Shown: in pieces, positions 51,101-58,740 of the stretch | Layout of the letters: each line of letters opens with the position of its first letter | How positions within the stretch are numbered: position 1 is the stretch's first letter | Assembly: GCA_002269645.1 (NCBI GenBank) | Contig: NIVC01000176.1 | Span: 682,001 to 746,000, forward strand | DNA length: 64,000 nucleotides | Reading direction: 5' to 3' | Source of the DNA: Macrostomum lignano | Lineage: Eukaryota | The notes under the pieces: generated by a model | The model's input: the letters and a program-made list of their open reading frames with translations, nothing else | Databases searched by the model: none | What the model was told of the DNA's origin: nothing | Translations under genes and position numbers: made by a program

Positions 51101-54100
51101 TGATTTTTGGCGTTTTCTTATGTTTTTTCTGCGATGGAGGTGGTATGCGGGAAAGGAGAACTGCATTTTCATGAGTCTCAGGGGGCAGTCGAGATAGCAG
51201 CGATGTGGGATATCCGTGCCCATGAGGAAGTTTGAAGCAACTGCCTCGATAAAACTCGGTCACTTGTCGAATGTCCATGACTCACGCAGCTCAAAAGTCA
51301 AGACTGTGGGTCCAAAGAGTAATCGGATAGATTCGATACAGTTGATCGGTCGTAGCCGTATTTGCATGTGTGTTAAGCGGTGGTTTGCTGCTATTGGGAA
51401 GAACAGCTTATTCTTATAGATGAGTTCCGACCGGTGATCCTGCAAAAGACCACCAATATTCAAAGTCTGCAGTGCTGGAGTAAACTGATTTCCAATACGA
51501 TTGAGTGCGATCAGATTAGCGCGGGCTAATCTGATCGCACTCAACAAGCAGCAAATCCGTATTCCAGGCCGGGTTCATGCCAGGTCGTTCAAAGCATCCT
51601 GCCTGCTCGCTATAGGTTGTCTGCGCAGCACCAAAGATTTTCCCCAGCTGGCTGTTTTCTGGAAAGATAAATCTCTCACAGATCCCAGCCATTTGATAGC
51701 ATACATGATGGCTAACTGAATCAAGGGTAAATTTAATTAGATGCACATTTATAGGTGTTTCGCCAATTCCAGACTCATCAAAATCTTTTACAATCAGTAA
51801 AGCATTTACTGCATCAATCAGCTCATTCAAGTCATTGTAGCGCCCAGCTGGAATTTCAGCACATTGCATTGAACCCTCAAGCTGATAAAATAGCGACAAC
51901 GGATGAGGGATGGTGTAGATGCAGTTGATAAAACTGATTCCAAGCAGACCCAACTCATAATCCAAAGCAGAATCCAGCAGCACAGGATGCAGCAGCTCAG
52001 CAGTAAAGTTGGCCGGGTCATCATCGGGGCCGGACATTACCTGAAATCTTTGCCTTTTCATATTTTTCTTAAGTCTTTTTCGTCAATCCAACTGGGTTTT
52101 TCTGAATCGCGCCACTGAACCAAATACCGAATCTTTCCACTCTTCAGCTTCTTAATGTTGAGAACCTTGTCGATGATCCACAGCTTCTTGTTTCCTGTCA
52201 CTTGCTGCATTTCCGGCTCGTAAAACTTGCCTTCCAACTCTTCACCTCGGGCATCGATCAGAGTGTACATGTATGGATAATGCTTGGGGTGGAGGGACTT
52301 GACTTCAAATACTTCCTCACTCCATCCCCTTGTGTATCCCTTGGTGAATGGGTTGGCCAGATTGCGAAGAGAGATTCGCACCATCATTCCTGCCTTGAAC
52401 TTTGGTCTGGAGACCTTTTCACGAGTCTCAGGAAGCTTCCCATCGTAAAGCCGCTGCCAAATTTCCATCTCGTTTGACTTGTCGACATCAACTGGTCGGC
52501 TTTGAATACTCCGATGAATACTCTGGTTGTATGCCTTTGCTAAGGGTTGAAGCACATCGGTCCAGGTTAATGTTGACTTGTGACGGAAGTACCGCCACAT
52601 TCGGGATTTCAGTGTGCGGTTCCATCTCTCAATGACTGCGCATTTCTGGTCACTACTTGATGTGAATGCATGAATTTTGTGGTTTCCGCAGAGGGCTCGG
52701 AACTGGGTGTTACAAAACTCTTTTCCACGGTCGGTCCGAACTGCTCGTGGGCATCGAGGGTGAGCTCAATTTAGGATCGCTTCGAATCCGGCTGCAACCT
52801 CCTCGGCTGTCTTGCGGCGCACCGGCTGAGCCCAGGCAAACTTGCTGAGCACATCAATGCAGCATAAAATATATCGTACGCCGCCATTGTACTTGGCAAA
52901 CGGCAGCATTTCAACAAGGTCCAGTTCCCACTGGTCATCCATGCCCCGCACCACAATCGGTGCTCTCCGAAAGTTTTTGCGTTTATCTCTATGCAGTGTG
53001 TAGACATCTTGGTCTTGGAGCCACGTTTTTACCTTTAATTGTAAAAACTGGAAATTGCTAGCTAGTGGATAAAACTAAAAACCTAAGCTGGAATTTTCTA
53101 AAAAATCATTGGTTTAGAAGTATATCGTATATAAATACCTGCCCTACACTAAACTTGGGTCCGTGCTGTTTGTGCAACTCTCGTTTTAATGCTTGATAGC
53201 CGCCATACCTGCCCGGTCTACTGCAGTCAAAATAAATACCTGGCAGAAGGTTGGAAATTGCCTTTTTCTTTTTCATTTTTCCAAATTTCTAGTACCTATC
53301 ATTTTCTTATGCCAAACACCTGGCTTGAAAAAAAAACTACCCACCCCCACCAGTTTCTGCGGATTTAGCGTTTCTAGCCTCTGTTGTGCACGAAAAATCA
53401 TGCATGTTTGCACAAAATACATACATTTCAATGGGGATTTTTACTCGGACCTGTGCACGAAAAACCTCGACACTTTGCATACTTTCTAACACTGTGCACG
53501 AAAACTTGCATACTTGTGCACAAAATACATGTATTTCAATAGGGATTTTTACGCAAACCTGTGCATGAAAATTGACGGATGTTGTCAAAAAAGTCACGTC
53601 ATATTGCGCACTTTTAATCACTGTGCACGAAAACTTACATACTTGTGGATAAAATACATACATTTCAATGGGGATTTTACCCCAGAGCTGTGCACAAAAA
53701 ATGACTAATTATGGCAAAAATATTCTTGTGAAAGAGCATTTTTCTCTCCTGCAGTGTACCAAATATCATAGAGTAAAGCTTGTATTTATTATTTTTCAAA
53801 ATATAGTATGTTCGTATTAAATTTACATGCATATAGTTAAAAATTAAAGATACGTGAAAAGAATGTTATTGTGAGAAAAAGAGCTTGCTAGTGTCCAGAT
53901 CGCACTGGCCGACACTGGCTTGTCGTCTTGAGAATGTGCACCAGAACTAAATCCCCGTTGAAAATCATCTGGTCGCGGAATGCTGACTTGGCCACAGGCT
54001 TTGAATAAACCAGCCGGTAGTCCACTTGCTTGCGAACATTCTCTAGGGTCTACAGGGAGTTGTTTAGCAGCTTGTTGTCTTTCTTGAACTCATTCTTGGC

Positions 54101-57100
54101 CTTTTGCACGACGCTCCATGCGGTAGATAACAACTTGCGGTTGACACGTCAACACACCGAGTGGCCCTGATTACCCAGCCACTGCCATTGCGTAGGTACT
54201 TCTCTATCCGGTTGAGGATAGTCTGCATGTCGTCAGAGAAGTAGTACTCCTCCTCACTCTGGAGAAGAGAGTGGACCTTGGCAGCAAACCAGGCAGTGTT
54301 CTCGGCGGCGCAGCTGCCATTAATGATGCGCTGCATCAGGACCCCGAGGCGCAGCTGAACTTTGATGGCGGTTCCTGGCTCACGTTGATGCTGGGTGATC
54401 AAGTCAATGAAAGCTTGACGAGTGTTTTCCAAAACATTCATCGGGTCGCCGCATGCACTGGCCCGGTAAAGTTGGGACCTGCCATTAAACGCCTCCTTAA
54501 TCAGTTGAAAATGAATCGTTGGGGAGTCATCTGACTCAAACAGTGCTGGTATCGCAGGACATACCGCATAGTGCTCCTCAATGCCCCCGATTACTGATGA
54601 CTCGCAAAAGTCGCAAGTTATTTGCATTTTCGTTGTATTTTTAATTCAATCTAAAATAAATAAAAAATCTATGGGGCCGAGGTGCTTTATTTATAAAGGG
54701 TACTGGGGCCCTTCTCCCGCAGGGTCCAAACCAAATCGTTCACCAGGGACCTATCGACCAATAGAATCCCTTCTCCACATTACTCGGAAATCACTTCAAA
54801 TGCTTGCTCGACCAATAGAATCCCTTCCCCTCTCTACTAGGAAATTCCAAGCAATCGGGCCCTCTACCGGATCACATTGAAACTCTGTGCTGCGTGTCAC
54901 CACACGCGGTAGGAGGACACTCGCCAATGGACACTCATTCACATCTCGATACCCACCCTTGGACACTCAACCAGACACTCGGCTGCCCGACCCCTCATCT
55001 GGCCTGCTCGACCGGCCTGCCCGACCCCACTCCTGGGCTTGCCCGACCCATTTCTCCTGCCTCCGGTATGGGATGGGGTGCTGGACAGGAAGGGGCCTTA
55101 GTATGGGGTGCAGGATAGAAGGACCGTGTTATATGGGATGGGGTGCAGGACAGGAGGGGGCCCGGTTTGGGCTCGGGGGTGGGTGCGTGGGTTTGGGGTC
55201 GGAGGTAGGTGCGGCAGTGGTGGGTTTGGGGTCGGGGTGGGCGTCTTTGGGGGCCCGGTTTGGGTCGGGGGTGGGTGCGTGGCGGTGGTGGGTTTGGGGT
55301 CGGGGGTGGGTGCGTGGCGGCGTTGGGGTCGGGGGTGGGTGCGTGGCGGTGGTGGGTCTGGGGTCGGGGTGGGCGTCTTTTGGGGGCCCTCTCCCCTCAT
55401 TGGCCGGGTGCCCCGGCCAATCCGGTGCGATGGCGGTGGAGGGTACCACTTTCCTACTACTACGAACTTTTCAAAAAACCCTAATCTGTAGCATTCGAGC
55501 GTATATTTCTAAATGATAAAAATTTAAGAGCTATTTATAGATTTAAAAATCGACTTTTAATTATAATGTACATTGCATACGGGTGGGTGTTCTCAACCAA
55601 TGTACATTTGAGTGTGTACATTGTCCTGCCACGCGGGGTCCGAGTGTGTGTGACCTTGGAAAACCCCCCGGCCCCGGGACGTTTAATCTAAGACCAGTTT
55701 GAATCTGATGTGATAAGTAAGGATCAAGATACACGTGGTTTCCATTCCAAATCGCAGATCTAGCTATAGAAGTCCATGGGATCAGGATACACGTGGTTTC
55801 CATTCAAATCGCAGATCCAGAAACCCACGCATTGGATGGTCTTTCCATTCCAGATTGTCAGGCCTAGAATTTCATGCACGTTATTAAAAAATCCAACAAA
55901 CACAAGTAACGCATAGGCTCAGGGGCTCCGCATTGCAGCCGAAATCTGATCCGGTTTTTCTACCTGCCTGCAAGGCTGCGCTTCTCCATAATGTTTGGTT
56001 TGGAACTAAATATCCATTTTTACATGCCGTATTGATTCTGTCTGGAATTTGATCTGTTTGCCAAACTTGCTCTGCAGACACTTTTTTGGTAGCATTTTTC
56101 TGCGATTGAATGTGGTAGCTTCTGATTGTAACTTTCTGGTGGATCTCTTTATAGAGAATTAAATTCCGATATGTAGTGTAATAGCTATTTTAGAGCAGAA
56201 ATTTCATAGTATTTTCCATTCAAGTAAATTCTTCTAAGACCCTTCAATTTAATAATTGAGAGAAAACTCCCGACTTGAAATTCGACAAAAACTTTTAGTC
56301 TATGGTCGAAACCTCTGCCAATCAAGCCACCATTTCGATCAGCAGAGTATAGAAACATATAAGTGGCCTAGTGGTTAGAGCGTCGGACTCACGACTTGAA
56401 GGTCGGTGGTTCGATTCCCGATCCCACTGGAACAATTAGTGTCCTTGAGGCAAGACACCATGACTCTGCATTGCTTCAGTTCACCCAGCTGTAAAATGGG
56501 TGCCAGCATTAGCTGGGGTAATTCCCCATAGTGGCGACTCCCCAACAGCCGTACTCAGACTTCAGATGCGCCGCGCAATAGCTGCGTCTGAGCTGTCGGT
56601 TGAACATCTGGTCCAATTGGGGCAGGGTGCAATCAATTAGTGGTATTAATTAATAATTTTTATTCCTATCTATGAATAAATCAAAGCTCCCAGGGTCATC
56701 TCGACCAAAAATTGCTATATTTAATTCCCCCCTCCTTCACCCCTCCCGCCACGATCCCCAGTCTACTCGGACGTCTACGTTGTCGCCGAATGCGAAGGCG
56801 TCCAGCTGAAGACCAAGCGGACCAACAAGCTGGAGGACATCCAGACTTCGTTCATTTTCTATCGCAAGCATAGCACCACGAAGCCGATCGAGTTCAAGAT
56901 GTACGCCAGCCATCAGAGCCTCCGACGGCGCGTGCTGATTGGCAAGCTCAGCCTCACGCTGCAGCCTGGCGAGCCGTTCGACGGGATGAGCGTCAGGCGG
57001 AGCATCCGAGAGCGACCGGAGCTGCGTCGGGACGGCGGGTCCGGGCTGCTGTTCAACTTCCTGTCCGGGACGCTGCACACACAGCATCTTTCCGGAGTGT

Positions 57101-57102
57101 GA
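42156..57102 (+). CDS. Low-complexity protein with a C-terminal calpain-5/6 (tra-3)-type C2 domain; join(42156..42389,43482..43896,56762..57102), 329 aa
   Basis: LYTVLTVDAEELRN|FYSDVYVVAECEGVQLKT...SFIFYRKHSTTKPIEFKMY...VLIGKL resembles the CAPN5 C2 domain (YVIIKCEG..IFYRK..PITVQV). Phases 0/0 and 1/1 match; total 990 nt. Intron 2 (12.9 kb) contains the Maverick. Confidence 0.65.
43095..43410 (-). mobile_element. 5'-truncated copy of the SINE at 5350-5698
   Basis: Shared body sequence; the tRNA head is absent. Confidence 0.6.
43945..44210. repeat. 16-bp minisatellite
   Basis: Unit cgagcttgggaagttt. Confidence 0.9.
44512..45200 (+). repeat. Left terminal inverted repeat with C-rich sub-repeat arrays
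   Basis: Reverse complement of the right end, with a different copy number of accaaggccccctcctgtcctgcaccccat-type sub-repeats. Confidence 0.9.
45415..45475 (+). promoter_or_regulatory. Putative promoter of the + strand ORF (reverse CCAAT plus TATA)
   Basis: GATTGG at about 45417-45422; TATATAA at 45469-45475; ATG at 45525. Confidence 0.5.
45525..46088 (+). CDS. Maverick accessory protein (187 aa from ATG 45525), possibly PC4-like ssDNA-binding/coactivator fold
   Basis: LLGGNRQVVVQNGVITLWRLP..GPP...RHALPLPTTLWREV resembles the PC4 pattern (LG..R.V.V....V.IR....G...P.+KGI.L...W..L). The resemblance is by eye only. Downstream AATAAA at 46459. Confidence 0.5.
   Translation: MEFKTLSNRFRIGVRSHSKCISFRKWYKFAEEYRPGLPGMELTVHQFCHLGSLKERLEEFARKCIDAQCLLGGNRQVVVQNGVITLWRLPTVLGPPVHLRHALPLPTTLWREVGAQKQWVLDKIDKREPPVEPPIGDSWWMGYHPTESEECAAWAAKLTFDQLMQVPDRQSADWDDHWGGGLPSSSG
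46645..47250 (-). CDS. TBP: Divergent TATA-box binding protein (TBP-like), Maverick-encoded, 201 aa, intact, no introns
   Basis: Two TBP repeats: VTNIVTGADL..AVVMK..VTALVYPTGQVSVCGAKSLEEA and IRIKTITS..LRL..TYEPEMFNGLV..LILFHS..IIAGARS. These align with canonical QNIVSTVNL/AVIMR/TALIFSSGKMVCTGAKS and YEPELFPGL/LLIFVSGKVVLTGAK. Confidence 0.9.
   Translation of the reverse strand: MVATIRVTNIVTGADLATRVGLPQLANFLTLHLPQYHTIRHRLVHPRTLAVVMKSGQHRVTALVYPTGQVSVCGAKSLEEALAETEKIVKLCADFLRLTSLPQIRIKTITSVTAFPAGRHPLRLGEVKSKWPHRGTYEPEMFNGLVLEFTASVKLILFHSYRCIIAGARSVVEAQTAADALSRILLPDQASEGFRTYFAGL
46862..47743 (-). CDS. DEDD/DnaQ-like exonuclease-fold protein of the type seen in Mavericks; start 47743; the frame stays open 389 nt into the TBP ORF
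   Basis: MIVIDFEGF..FVIKEIAW..HYYYYQPP..F..RRTCYWLT.KRHGLDW..PY..IFSKG..K..L..V.DL..CAL..V..W. The ATG overlaps the upstream TGA (ATGA). Confidence 0.75.
   Translation of the reverse strand: MIVIDFEGFPHLYKTEDFVIKEIAWVEFACGQTTAHYYYYQPPHSFELFDRGQRRTCYWLTNKRHGLDWDRSGFRPYSCLWSDISHLQGPIFSKGDVKCQFLSRLLLQPVYDLAHLAFPSASKYVLPCALAKVALYADWLRPRGYGSIKVAICSRHWRFSRLSKDGRNNSRNKHRDRSRPGDPGGSATTSEFPDSSSASVSHNPPSPGSSSNTGSGDEERAASSNRAGVSDRTSVCLWSQKPGGSSRRDGEDCEAVCGLLAIDQSAPDSHQDYYLCDGLSRGSASTPVGGSQV
47296..47335 (-). promoter_or_regulatory. Putative TBP-like gene promoter: TATAAAAG plus CCAAT box
   Basis: TATAAAAG (47303-47296, - strand) starts 53 nt before the ATG; AGCCAATCAG lies at about 47325-47334. Confidence 0.6.
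47740..48336 (-). CDS. Conserved Maverick hypothetical protein (198 aa)
   Basis: MILVP..Y..L...VSVNGKPLYNSNIVDLL...P.G...F...L.E..VP pattern, typical of Maverick uncharacterised ORFs; located between the ATPase module and the exonuclease. Confidence 0.7.
   Translation of the reverse strand: MYKEMILVPRLQYEALVNQRGMETVCEPELEAEKQLRKIRDERCVQQLQASATQEQPPVIHKEPQWKEVLYLTVNQKWHHRLQALISFITVKCKSISIDDTYEVSVNGKPLYNSNIVDLLHFIVKDTYSKYLQPPNGINEFVTSLQENHVPLSAVGLNTTKLLEKPREKKSSPKKPRLQGYKKTQSQKGYGKWIKWPR
48296..48628 (-). CDS. Conserved small basic Maverick protein (110 aa; putative virion core)
   Basis: RRCILTYA..ICFLVECIINLLAGKV...KRRLRRYRNTLR.VA...SVKEARR.L pattern found in Polinton small proteins. Confidence 0.7.
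   Translation of the reverse strand: MDKHIALITVFCEGTISLRRCILTYANKSTICFLVECIINLLAGKVGCEDSLKRRLRRYRNTLRLVAQSKSVKEARRNLSHPHILRCLPLIFTCIKRHVQGNDTGTPVAV
48659..49318 (-). CDS. FtsK/A32-like DNA-packaging ATPase (likely start 49318)
   Basis: Walker A GPSRAGKST, Walker B LIVIDD, ITQNLF, RTISINCTYIVLFNNPRD, YLLLDF. Confidence 0.93.
   Translation of the reverse strand: MQSYSDSKISCKVFDSRLRMGGCMMVSGPSRAGKSTFCLRLLSQRLLLFDQPPKRMIWYHGCPQPELHATLRRLGVQVCEGLSNLDLQPHDLIVIDDLLDEAAASRELRHLFTREAHHKPCFVILITQNLFFKGREWRTISINCTYIVLFNNPRDASAVQALSQQCFPKRRTLLVELMDRLVRDGDQRYLLLDFHPASPHELRLRANFLPDEAPQRVYL
49275..49748 (-). CDS. Adenain-like cysteine (maturation) protease
   Basis: GHW...FNSLG...VQP..STLCGWYC. The usual FDS Asp is Asn here. 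Confidence 0.9.
   Translation of the reverse strand: MNSEELEAFISRCPTSVRDAYCGNFTVGTVTPFFDSTCRPCCFILYEPWNDECGHWIAGVVTSKVHCEIFNSLGGLSKNMKSWLKKTKPTRMVLQWNTVPVQPSSSTLCGWYCIFYLIHRLHKRMSYNALFIKVLHPAAVAQNDAIILRLKNQLQGV
49745..51015 (-). pseudogene. Major capsid protein (double jelly-roll), 1-nt frameshift at about 50597; about 423 aa if corrected
   Basis: LNLFEP..FHPIGS..PIEF..YTDL..ASLFRDVTVKLNQ..YPYRA..GYY, then a frame change (tat tat ca gac) to DTAG..GPLFSDIF..YLLNQISLQVKL.R..LPKFVLLG..AFNG..NPF.F..AFDLSP..G.LRLDIRF. Confidence 0.9.
51015..51278 (-). CDS. Small basic putative core protein (87 aa)
   Basis: FYRG....HGHG motif then a Lys-rich tail. The stop overlaps the MCP start (TAATG). Confidence 0.6.
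   Translation of the reverse strand: MDIRQVTEFYRGSCFKLPHGHGYPTSLLSRLPPETHENAVLLSRIPPPSQKKHKKTPKIKPKKSKPVPSKKRKIPLKTVNRVLDSLS
51260..52061 (-). pseudogene. Penton / minor capsid protein, frameshifted by a 19-nt inverted duplication at about 51501-51544
   Basis: N part ANFTAEL..V.L..DYELGL.GISF...EIPAGRY.DL..LI...LLVECDQISP. C part NRIGNQFTPALQTL...PI....IRL...GPTVLTFELR. Removing 19 nt restores CDQISPNRIGNQFTPAL. Confidence 0.8.
52058..53276 (-). pseudogene. Retroviral-type (c-int) integrase with chromodomain; join of 53276..53139 and 53032..52058; 106-nt intron; in-frame TGA at 52768-52766
   Basis: Exon 1 IYFDCSRPGRYGGY...GQ joins exon 2 VKTWLQDQDVYTLH. DDE motifs WELDL, RTDRGKEF and VIERWNRTLK. 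C-terminal IDKVL...YLVQWR...SWI chromodomain-like segment. Confidence 0.9.
53384..53705. repeat. Internal triplicated AT-rich module with TGTGCAC(G/A)AAAA motifs
   Basis: tgtgcacgaaaa..ttgtgcacaaaatacatacatttcaatggggatttt recurs from about 53384, 53492 and 53621. Confidence 0.75.
53880..54627 (-). pseudogene. Protein-primed DNA polymerase B remnant: N-terminal domain fused to a decayed motif-B region (large internal deletion)
   Basis: N part EAFNG...IKVQLRL...TAWF...TILNRIEKYLRNGSGW. In another frame from 54100: AKNEFKKDNKLLNNSL*TLENVRKQVDYRLV...IFNGDLVLVH, matching Maverick PolB [30 protein letters not shown].LVAVH. Confidence 0.8.
54688..54820 (-). promoter_or_regulatory. Putative PolB promoter: TATAAATA plus a duplicated CCAAT-containing 19-mer
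   Basis: TATAAATA (54695-54688, - strand) starts 68 nt before ATG 54627; cgaccaatagaatcccttc occurs twice (about 54755 and 54808). Confidence 0.5.
55060..55461 (-). repeat. Right terminal inverted repeat
   Basis: Reverse complement of the left terminus; G-rich on the + strand. Confidence 0.9.
56363..56530 (+). mobile_element. tRNA-derived CORE-type SINE
   Basis: A box TGGCCTAGTGG, B box GGTTCGATTCC, then gtgtccttgaggcaagacac..cttcagttcacccagctgtaaaatggg, resembling the MIR CORE domain. Confidence 0.7.
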
Positions 57103-57214
57103 TAAGGCTTGGAGGAATTGTGTGGCACTGTGTTGCGAAGCAGTTCACCTTTCTGTCTGTTTCATTCATTCGTAGATGTACCTGTAGGTTAATAAGTGCT
57201 GTCGGACAGGCAGA

Positions 57215-57550
57215 CAGACAACAGACACAGACAGACACAGACAGACACAAACAGACACAGACAGACACAGACAGACACAGACAGACACAGACAGACACAG
57301 ACAGACACAAACAGACACAAACAGACACAAACAGACGCAGACAGATACATAGACAGACGCATAGACAGACACACAGACAGACACATAGACACAGACAGAC
57401 ACATAGACAGACACATAGACAGACACAGACAGATACATAGACAGACACAGACAGACACATAGACAGACACACATACAGACACACAGACAGACACAGACAA
57501 ACCCAGACAGACACATAGACAGACTCATACCTCTCAGACAGGCAGACAAG
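57215..57550. repeat. (ACAG/AC)n microsatellite
   Basis: Direct reading of the sequence. Confidence 0.9.
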
Positions 57551-57967
57551 AAGGTTGTCTGTCCGTAGCACCTTGAACGCATCTCTGGACTCTATCCGTA
57601 ATCCCAAACCCCTAAAGAACAAAAGGCATTCAAGAGGGTACCTAGACAGCAATCCATCTTTGTTATTTTGTGACACAGACTGAGTTTTTAGCTTTAGGAG
57701 CCTCCGCTTTCAAGGGTATTCAGTGCTGTCTCCAATTCCTAATTAACTAACTACAGTGAATTTGTAAACACAACTCCTGATGCGACTGAGTCTGCGTGTC
57801 TGAATGCAAACACGTTTGCTCATGCTCAGAGCAAGGCTTCTCATTAGCATCATTTGCTGTTCCTAAACGACTTATGAGATGGCTGAACTTCTTTTTTTAG
57901 TTTGTCTCCGTTTTTGGGCGAAGCCGTGTCTGAAGCCGTGCCGGGCGACACTGACAAACCGTGCGGC

Positions 57968-58162
57968 TTGAGGGTGAGGCAGAGGGTGAGGCAGAGGGTG
58001 AGGCAGAGGGTGAGGCAAAGGTGGGGCAGAGGGTGAGGCAGAGGGTGAGGCAAAGGTGAGGCAGAGGGTGAGGCAGAGGGTGACGCAGAGGGTGAGGCAG
58101 AGGGTGAGGCAGAGGGTGAGGCAGAGGGTGAGGCAGAGGGTGAGGCAGAGGGTGAGGCAGAG
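57968..58162. repeat. 12-bp minisatellite (agagggtgaggc)n
   Basis: Direct reading of the sequence. Confidence 0.9.
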
Positions 58163-58740
58163 GGAAGCGCCGGCTCCCATAGAAGAATCGAGTGGGTAAG
58201 ACAGAGGGCAGCATTTTTCAAAACTTTATTAAACAGAGCAGCGGACAATGAGTCTGTCATCGCAATCGCACGCGAAGGTGTATTCAGCACGCCAGTGAAG
58301 TATGAGACAGACCAGGCCTAAGGGCTACGGTCTGCGATGCTTCACGCCTGCCCCTATATTCAGCAGGTCAAGGCTGGAGAGGGAGGTCTGCACCCGCTAT
58401 TTGCCACTGGCAGCCGCAGACCCCCCCCCCTCACGCTGTTTCACAAGTCGACCCAGGGTACTCGTCCCCGCGTGTGTTCAAGGCAGACCCTAGGGCTGCT
58501 GGACAGACTGGGCTCCGACGCTGGCGACCCATCCAGTGGCTTCGGCCGAATTTGGGTATGCGGGTCTGGCTTGCCAGCCTGCAGGCCGTGGTACTGCTTA
58601 ACGTACCCCCTAATGCCTAAGGTGTTTGACCGTGCCGATGGGCTGGAAGGCCGGGGGGTTGTCCGGTCGCTAGCGGTCCTTTTCTTTTTCTTCTTTCCTC
58701 TTTCTTTTGTGACTCAGCTCACTCCTTCCCGCTTTCAGCT

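Larger units (their letters stand above)
44512..55461 (-). mobile_element. Maverick/Polinton (endogenous virus-like element), 10,950 bp, ends intact, non-autonomous
   Basis: Termini AGTAGTAGGAAAGTGGTACC.../...GGTACCACTTTCCTACTACT. 6-bp TSD ACGAAC at 44506-44511 and 55462-55467. Contains integrase, penton, major capsid, adenain-like protease, packaging ATPase and pPolB remnants. Confidence 0.97.

Noticed and set aside
52766-52768. Selenocysteine or programmed readthrough at the integrase TGA
   Set aside because: The position is a variable loop rather than a catalytic Cys, I saw no SECIS, and the element has other disabling lesions; a nonsense mutation is simpler.
56363-56430. tRNA gene
   Set aside because: A/B boxes are present, but I could not build a complete cloverleaf and a CORE-like SINE body follows; the same applies to 5630-5698.
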